From assembly GCA_964035575.1 (NCBI GenBank), contig OZ037844.1, positions 1-64,000 of the forward strand: a DNA stretch of 64,000 bases, read 5' to 3'. Position 1 is the first letter of the stretch, and every line of letters begins with the position of its first letter. This document shows, piece by piece, positions 57,980 to 64,000 of this stretch. Both the position numbers and the translations under genes were made by a program. The DNA is from Rhynchopus sp. YZ270_cl-10. Its lineage: Eukaryota. The notes under the pieces were generated by a model. The model was not told the origin of the DNA and made no database searches. It saw nothing but the letters and a program-made list of their open reading frames with translations.

Positions 57980-58195
57980 TCAGGCCCGTCTTGTCGTAGT
58001 ACCGCAGCGCGAACTTCCCAATGGCAATCTTTGCCCAGTCGCTCATGACAATCTTGATGTTCACCCCATCCCACTTCTTCGCGTCCACAGGCAGGCACAG
58101 GCCCAGCAGCACCACCAGCAGAGGTCTCCACATGTCGCAAAATGAACTGAACGGGTGGTGTTGGCAGGGGAGGGAAGAGGGAATAGTTCAGAAAA
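57980..58195 (-). pseudogene. Duplicated 5' fragment of the SBP-cyclase receptor gene
   Basis: Near-identical to 53678-53893 (signal peptide region plus upstream), then unrelated sequence. Confidence 0.88.
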
Positions 58196-59308
58196 TGTAC
58201 TGTGGATATAGGCCACTTGAACACATCAGAATTGATGTGGTCGGACAAACGTTTGTCACGAAATATGTTAACACGAACGAGAAATGGAGATACACAAAAG
58301 AAAACGAGAGAAAGGTGCAAACGTGCAAACGCCTCTGTGGAGAAAGGCACACAACAGACAAGGAAGAGCATGTGCACATTCCGCGAGTACATCAAGCTCA
58401 ATGCCAGGCACAGTCCGCAAGCTGCAGAGTGACAGTGACATATGTTTTATCTGTTGTGCATCAAAGAAGAGCCTCTGTCGATACAACCCAAGACGCTCAC
58501 ACGACACCTTTGAAACAAAAACAAACAAAATTAGTTTTCATATACTTTCAAATCAATGAAGAGAAAGTACAAGAGAAAAAAAAGAAATTTTGAAGATGCA
58601 CGTGCCTCTCATACACACATCTTAAAAGGGGGGGGGGTCACCATCAAGGACACAAATATGGAAAGGGACCTGACCCAGGCCAGGACAGTACGTGACGCTG
58701 CACGTTGCACAGTGGGGAGAGTTGCTGCTCACACCAGCAGTCTCGGAATTCCCTGAAGCACAACAGACAGACAGCACGTCAGCACGCACCCGCCCTACAG
58801 TGACAATACGGTGCAATGTCGTACGAATTAAAGTGACACAAAAAAAAATAGGATTTGAAAATACAAAGCCCTCTCTGACAGTGTACCTTTGGTGCGTGAC
58901 CAGAACACCGCCGTAGACCTGAGCACTAAATAAAAACAAAACAAAAGGCTTCCTAACTAAGCCTTGTGATTTGTCACCAAAATCGTAATCGTTATCGAAA
59001 ACAAAACAAACAGAGAGAAAAGGACTGCTGCGCTACCTTTTAACTTTACAAAATGTATCACTTAATTCGCGCAAAGAGCTGTTTTTTTTCACAGGGTTTG
59101 GTGCGCAAAAGCAAGACCGAACGAGAAAAAGACCCAAAAAAAGGGAGAGCTAAGGGAATGGGGGGGGTACTTTTTGACAAATCACCATCAATCCAAAATG
59201 GACTTGATTTTAGATGCGGGAAAGTTGTCGACAAAGAAACGATAGTAAAACACAAAAGAAAAGAAAAACGCTACGCAACAAAAAATCGGAAAAAAATATA
59301 CACCACTC

Positions 59309-61780
59309 TCACCCCCTTGAGGACAGCTTCTGGTCCCCTTGCATCTGTGTGAAGGTCATGGTGGTGTTGCCTGGGTAATCGCTCTCTGCAGACCAGACGG
59401 AGAAGGTTGTGGTTTCTGTGATTGTCACAGTGCAGTTTGGGTTGCATGTAACCGGGGCAGCGCCGTTCTGTGAGTACTCGACGGGGAACTGTGAGAGCGA
59501 CGTGCGGAGGACGACGTCAGCAGAGCCACTGAAGGCTCCGCCAGTGGGCGTTGGCTTGCACCAGTCGCCGTTGTCGGTCCTGCGCCCTGCGTGCACAGTG
59601 CTGCCGTTCGCGTACACACAGTACGCCTGCGGCCAGCGGAACATATTAACTGAAGCATTCCCACGCTGTGTCGGGAAGTTGTTGTTCTGCCACTGCTTCT
59701 CAAAGGCGTACATCCCAGAGTACCCTCTGCAGCCGTAGAGGTTACCATGGTACGCCCAGTGCGTGCTGTTCTGCGGCAGCTGTGGGTTGCTCTGTGCCGC
59801 AAGGTATGAGTCCAGGCAAGAGAGCACCTCACGGCGCGCGTTAGGGAGGCACGTCAACGCGTCGTACCCGTAGAGCCCACGGAAGCGTGCACCCTCGGCA
59901 CCCCTCTGCAGAACGTTGATGCGCCACAGACTCGCCAGCGCACCCTCAAACGAGGCCACCGTTGCGCCAGGGTCTGTCTTCGATGTGTTGACCGCGTTGA
60001 GGAGGTTCACAACAGCGTCGACGCCTTCGCAGTGGTACCCAATGCTGTTCAAGACTGTCGCCTTGAATGCGTCCTGGCGGCCGGCAGGGACACGAGACAG
60101 AACAGACAGCATGTCTTGGTACGCGCCGCAGAGGTTGGTGCGTTCGCTCACGAAGTCGTACGAAGGTGGGGTCGTGTTGCCTGCAGCCACCGCCGACGCA
60201 GTGTGCGAGATAAGGTTCGCGATGTACTGGTCGCCACGTCCGTTCTTGAGGAAGGAAGTGTTGAAGTACGTGTTGTACGCTGTCGCCACACGCGTTGCGT
60301 CTGCGCTGTCGAGGCGGAAGGTGGTCCCTGCGTACTCCGTGAGGTACTCCGTCTGCTGCGTGTCGCACTGCGGTGGGAGCGTCGAGTTGCACGTTCTCTC
60401 CTGCGCCCAGGCCGCGCGGAAGTACGCCAGCGTCGTCATCAGGTATGGCACCAGGTCTGATACGTTCAGGATGAAGATCTTGGTCGCCTTCTTTGCAACG
60501 AAGTTTGTCATAGACCCGAAGATGCGGCTGGGCGGCACCATCTCCGTCAGCTGGTTCGCCTGCCCGTCGAGCATGGCGACGTGTGTGTAGATCCCTGCAC
60601 CGTTCGTCGCATACTCCAACCCACGCACGTGGCTGTCTCCTCCGTCCGTGAAGACCAGCGTGGTGTTGTCGGGCACCTTCAGAATACCGGACTCGAGGAA
60701 GCTCAGCCCCTCAGACCAGAGCCAGGCAAGGAAGAGCGGGTCGGAGCGGTGTTTGCGCACCATCTGCGTTTGGTTCACGATGGCCCACTGTGCGTGCGCA
60801 GCACGGTCGTCAACGGTGCAGGGGCCTGTGCATTCGGCGGTCCTGTCGCCTTCGCCACGCAGGCCCACTGTGAAGAGCGCTTCGTAGTCTGCCTGCGCCT
60901 TGACGGCAGCTTCCCATGCGAACATCATCGCGTCGGGACGCTCCTGGTAGTTGTAGGGCTCGGGGAACCAGTAGGCGACCATCTGTGCAACGGGGGACGT
61001 GCCGAGGATGTTGTAGTGGTGCGAAGTGACCACCAGCCCACGCCGTGCCGCAAGCACGTACCCTGCGTCATCAGGGAAGCTGTTCGTCCCGGGCAGCACT
61101 GTGTTGACCTTCAACCGAAAGCACGTTGCGTAGAAGACGTCCCACACTGAGGCCGACCACACGGAGTGGCCGAGGGGGTCGTTCGCGAGACCGCCGAAGA
61201 GATCTTCGTCGTTGGGGAAGACAGCACGGTACTCGAAAGTAGGGTTGGAGAAGAGCCCTGGGAGGGGCCGCGTGCTGATGTCGACGGAGGCTGCAAGCTC
61301 GTAGTCGATGCCGAGCCAGTAGTCGAGTGGTCCGATGCCAAGCACAACGTCGCTGAAGGCGTACAGTGCGAAGAGGAAGCCGCGTGGGTCAGAGGCAGTC
61401 ACAATGAGGGTCGTGCCGCCGAACCAGGGGTCCGCTGCACTGAGGATGCAGTGGCTCTCCACACCTGTCACACAGCGTTTGTCGATCGTGTCGAGGAAGG
61501 GTGTGAGCACGCTGTCCGCGTACGACGTGCTCAGGACAACAGACGTCACCTCGTTGCTGGCCTGAGTATAGTTCGGCATCTGCGACGCGTTCTGCACCTT
61601 CAGCGCGGGGCGGCATCCCAGCACACCGTGCCAATCCTTCCGCAGGTCGTTCAACGCCAGAAGCACAGCCTCACCTGCCATGTAGTCGTCCCCACTCATC
61701 AACCACGGTACGTCGCATGTCAGACGCTGTCCTGCACTCTGGCCTATCAGCACTGTGCACAAAACAAGAAACGCTCTCAT
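59309..61780 (-). CDS. Secreted glycoside hydrolase family 115-like (alpha-glucuronidase) with C-terminal Fn3/chitobiase-like module
   Basis: Signal peptide MRAFLVLC. Motifs ASDPRGFLFALYAFS..LGIGPLDYW, PTFEYRAVFPNDE, RLKVNTVLPG, RRGLVVTSHH, VGLRGEGD. C-terminal PTGGAFSGSADVVL..EYSQNG..TITETTT. Confidence 0.8.
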   Translation of the reverse strand: MRAFLVLCTVLIGQSAGQRLTCDVPWLMSGDDYMAGEAVLLALNDLRKDWHGVLGCRPALKVQNASQMPNYTQASNEVTSVVLSTSYADSVLTPFLDTIDKRCVTGVESHCILSAADPWFGGTTLIVTASDPRGFLFALYAFSDVVLGIGPLDYWLGIDYELAASVDISTRPLPGLFSNPTFEYRAVFPNDEDLFGGLANDPLGHSVWSASVWDVFYATCFRLKVNTVLPGTNSFPDDAGYVLAARRGLVVTSHHYNILGTSPVAQMVAYWFPEPYNYQERPDAMMFAWEAAVKAQADYEALFTVGLRGEGDRTAECTGPCTVDDRAAHAQWAIVNQTQMVRKHRSDPLFLAWLWSEGLSFLESGILKVPDNTTLVFTDGGDSHVRGLEYATNGAGIYTHVAMLDGQANQLTEMVPPSRIFGSMTNFVAKKATKIFILNVSDLVPYLMTTLAYFRAAWAQERTCNSTLPPQCDTQQTEYLTEYAGTTFRLDSADATRVATAYNTYFNTSFLKNGRGDQYIANLISHTASAVAAGNTTPPSYDFVSERTNLCGAYQDMLSVLSRVPAGRQDAFKATVLNSIGYHCEGVDAVVNLLNAVNTSKTDPGATVASFEGALASLWRINVLQRGAEGARFRGLYGYDALTCLPNARREVLSCLDSYLAAQSNPQLPQNSTHWAYHGNLYGCRGYSGMYAFEKQWQNNNFPTQRGNASVNMFRWPQAYCVYANGSTVHAGRRTDNGDWCKPTPTGGAFSGSADVVLRTSLSQFPVEYSQNGAAPVTCNPNCTVTITETTTFSVWSAESDYPGNTTMTFTQMQGDQKLSSRG

Positions 61781-63404
61781 TTTTTTGAATTTCAGCAAAA
61801 GAAATGTATCTGGAATAGTGTTATAGGGAAGAAGATGAGAGAAGATGGAGAGAGAAAAATTCATTTGGGCCATTCGAGTTTGTACAACTATATTTACTTG
61901 GGGATGGAGGGGGGGTGTGGGGGTGGGGTATGGGTATGGGGGTTTGACACGGTGGTGTGGAATGATGTTATGTTCGCTTTTTGTGTGTATTCCAAAACAG
62001 AGAAGAAAAAATATCAGGACTTTGTTTTTGCTGTGTTGCAAAAATTTTCATGCCCTAAGAATCAGCAATATCGACTCTCTTGTGGATGGGGCATATACTT
62101 CTCTGAACGTCTAATGTCCTGAGTGCCCCTCTACTGTCATTTTTCGGGTAGAATTTAAGAAATACCAAAACTGTCCTGTCAAAAGAGTGGTCGTGCTCAT
62201 GCTAAGGGTAGGATGTTGAGTGTTCCGTACCGTAAGAGAACAACAAAAAAAGAAAGAATTTTCTGAAAGAAAAATAGGAATAAAAATGATCCCATTTTTT
62301 TGTTTTGTGGAAAAAGAAAAGAAAGAAGAACGTTATTAACAGAGATATACCTAATCCTCTTGTCTTCGTATGATGGACACTGTCTCAAAGTAAAATAAAA
62401 AACGTGAAAAATGAACAGAACTCACAACGGGCTCCGGTAAAAATAGAAACTTAACACTCATCACACAATAAAACCCATGGGAGAGGTTGTGGTGAAACGC
62501 ACACACCTCGACCTGTTTGGTGAGGAGTGGCTCTCCTCTGCAGCGCTTCGTCCCTAGAACCGCAAAGTGTGTTCAAAGTGCGTTGTTTCTATTTCCTGCT
62601 TCATTCCATGAGGTGACAAAAAAAAAGGAAAAATTGTTGGTTCTCTCTGTTGACCTCGGGGGGGAGGAAGGGGGCACACCTCTAAAATATGTTCAAATTC
62701 ATGTGCATTCTGTCCAGAGAAAGCACTATGATTAGAACGACCACTCTCATTTTATTTCTCGAAGTTCGTGTTTCAAGACGCAGAACTTTTTTTTCGAGAA
62801 AAAAAAACAAAAAAAGGAATGGAAAACAGAAAATTTGGAACACACAACATACACATCCCTTAACATTATTTTGGCTATATCGGCTTCACGAAAAGAACGA
62901 AAAAGAGGAGCCAAAAGATCAGCATTTTTATTTCTCATTATTCATGCATTCAGGGCGAAAGAGGGGGCAAACCGAGCAAGGTACCCGATGGTGATACCCA
63001 AGCTAGATGGGGGTACACCCCCCCTCAGTATTTGACCTTTTGTGCACACATGGTTAAACAACTGCTGAAGCTTTTAACACAGTGTCAAAAATTATTTGAT
63101 ATACTTTCTTTTCTAAACGAAAAGAAGGTAAAGAGGGTGCGAAAAAATGTCAAAAAAAAAAACTTCTTCGCATTGCACTGTTAACATTCTTCACAAAATA
63201 AAAAAGGCAGAACACTGAACAGAACACAACATCAGTGCGTGGGGTGGGAAGAGACTCTATATTTTTTGACATGTTTTTTATTTTCAATTTTTGGGGATTT
63301 TTTGGGGAGTTCAAAAAACGGGGGCAGAGGCAGGGGGCAGAATTTTTTTTTTTTGAAAAAACAGAAGACGGATATTTTTTTTTTAATTTTGGAGGGGCGG
63401 AGAC

Positions 63405-63562
63405 GCAGGTCCTAGCTTGATTTGTAGAATTTTTTTTTTGGAAATCCAAAAGTGGGTCTGCTAGTTCCTTTACTGTAGATTGCTTTCGCAAACCTTCTAC
63501 ACTTTCTCCAATTGCAGCTTTGTTATGACCCAGCTTATGTGATGACCCAAGCAAGTCCCCTG
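63405..63562. mobile_element. Possible degenerate short relative of the 25988-28304 hAT-like element
   Basis: Left end caggtcctagcttg, internal gaccc motifs, imperfect flanking repeat gcggagac/gtggagat. Confidence 0.35.
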
Positions 63563-64000
63563 GTGGAGATGGCACGCACAACGAAAAAAAAGTGTACAGT
63601 AAGCGCTTGTAATTACATAAGTCACAAAAAAAAAGGCTTTTTTTTGCTCCAGCATATTTGGATTGGAAATTGTGGCCGTCCCTTACGTGCATACACATCT
63701 TGAAGAGAAGCTGAATGGCACAACCGCCTGCCAGCAACAGAGAACGCAGGCATTGAAAAATAAAAAAAGCCAAAAAAAAAAAATGAAACAAAATTCTCCA
63801 CGCACACAATCCAATGAGCGAAAACTTAACATGAGAGTACGATGAGAGGTGAAAAGAGCACCCAAATGAAGTAAAACAAAAATACGGAAACGATTACAGT
63901 GTACTAAAAATGAAACCCCCCCACGCAACTTTGCACAGTTTCCAGCAGAGTCTTGTGAACGATCTTTTGTGTGCTTTTGGTGGAACACAAAATGACCAAT

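Noticed and set aside
1..64000. tRNA or rRNA genes
   Set aside because: None recognised by eye; tRNAscan-SE and Infernal were not run, so small RNAs could be missed.

Overview
Eukaryotic genomic DNA, most plausibly a euglenozoan such as a diplonemid. This is inferred from the one-strand array of intronless genes, a solute-binding-protein/cyclase receptor, an Ingi-like LINE and a GH115 enzyme. (1) 1-20.9 kb is a foreign-looking block. It holds two head-to-tail, near-identical 7.5-kb units, each with three unrecognised minus-strand genes carrying short GTATG..AG introns. Each gene set is bracketed by oppositely oriented arrays of GTGCGCAC palindromes, which form a 2.4-kb palindrome at the unit junction. 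The block ends in (AGCTAAGG)80 and has been hit by a 1-kb poly(A) retroposon and a 5'-truncated CRE-like retrotransposon. That retrotransposon's ORF continues past the REL endonuclease into an OTU-like protease, a Cys cluster and coiled coils. (2) 21-64 kb is a minus-strand host gene array: UBL-LRR gene plus a disrupted paralogue, ABCC transporter, three tandem Cys-rich membrane protein genes, SBP-TM-degenerate cyclase receptor, ankyrin protein, UBL-WD40 protein and a GH115-like hydrolase. It is interleaved with an Ingi-like RT-RNase H element and many nested non-autonomous DNA transposons whose TIRs and TSDs can be read directly. All family assignments come from motif recognition by eye; no database search was run.
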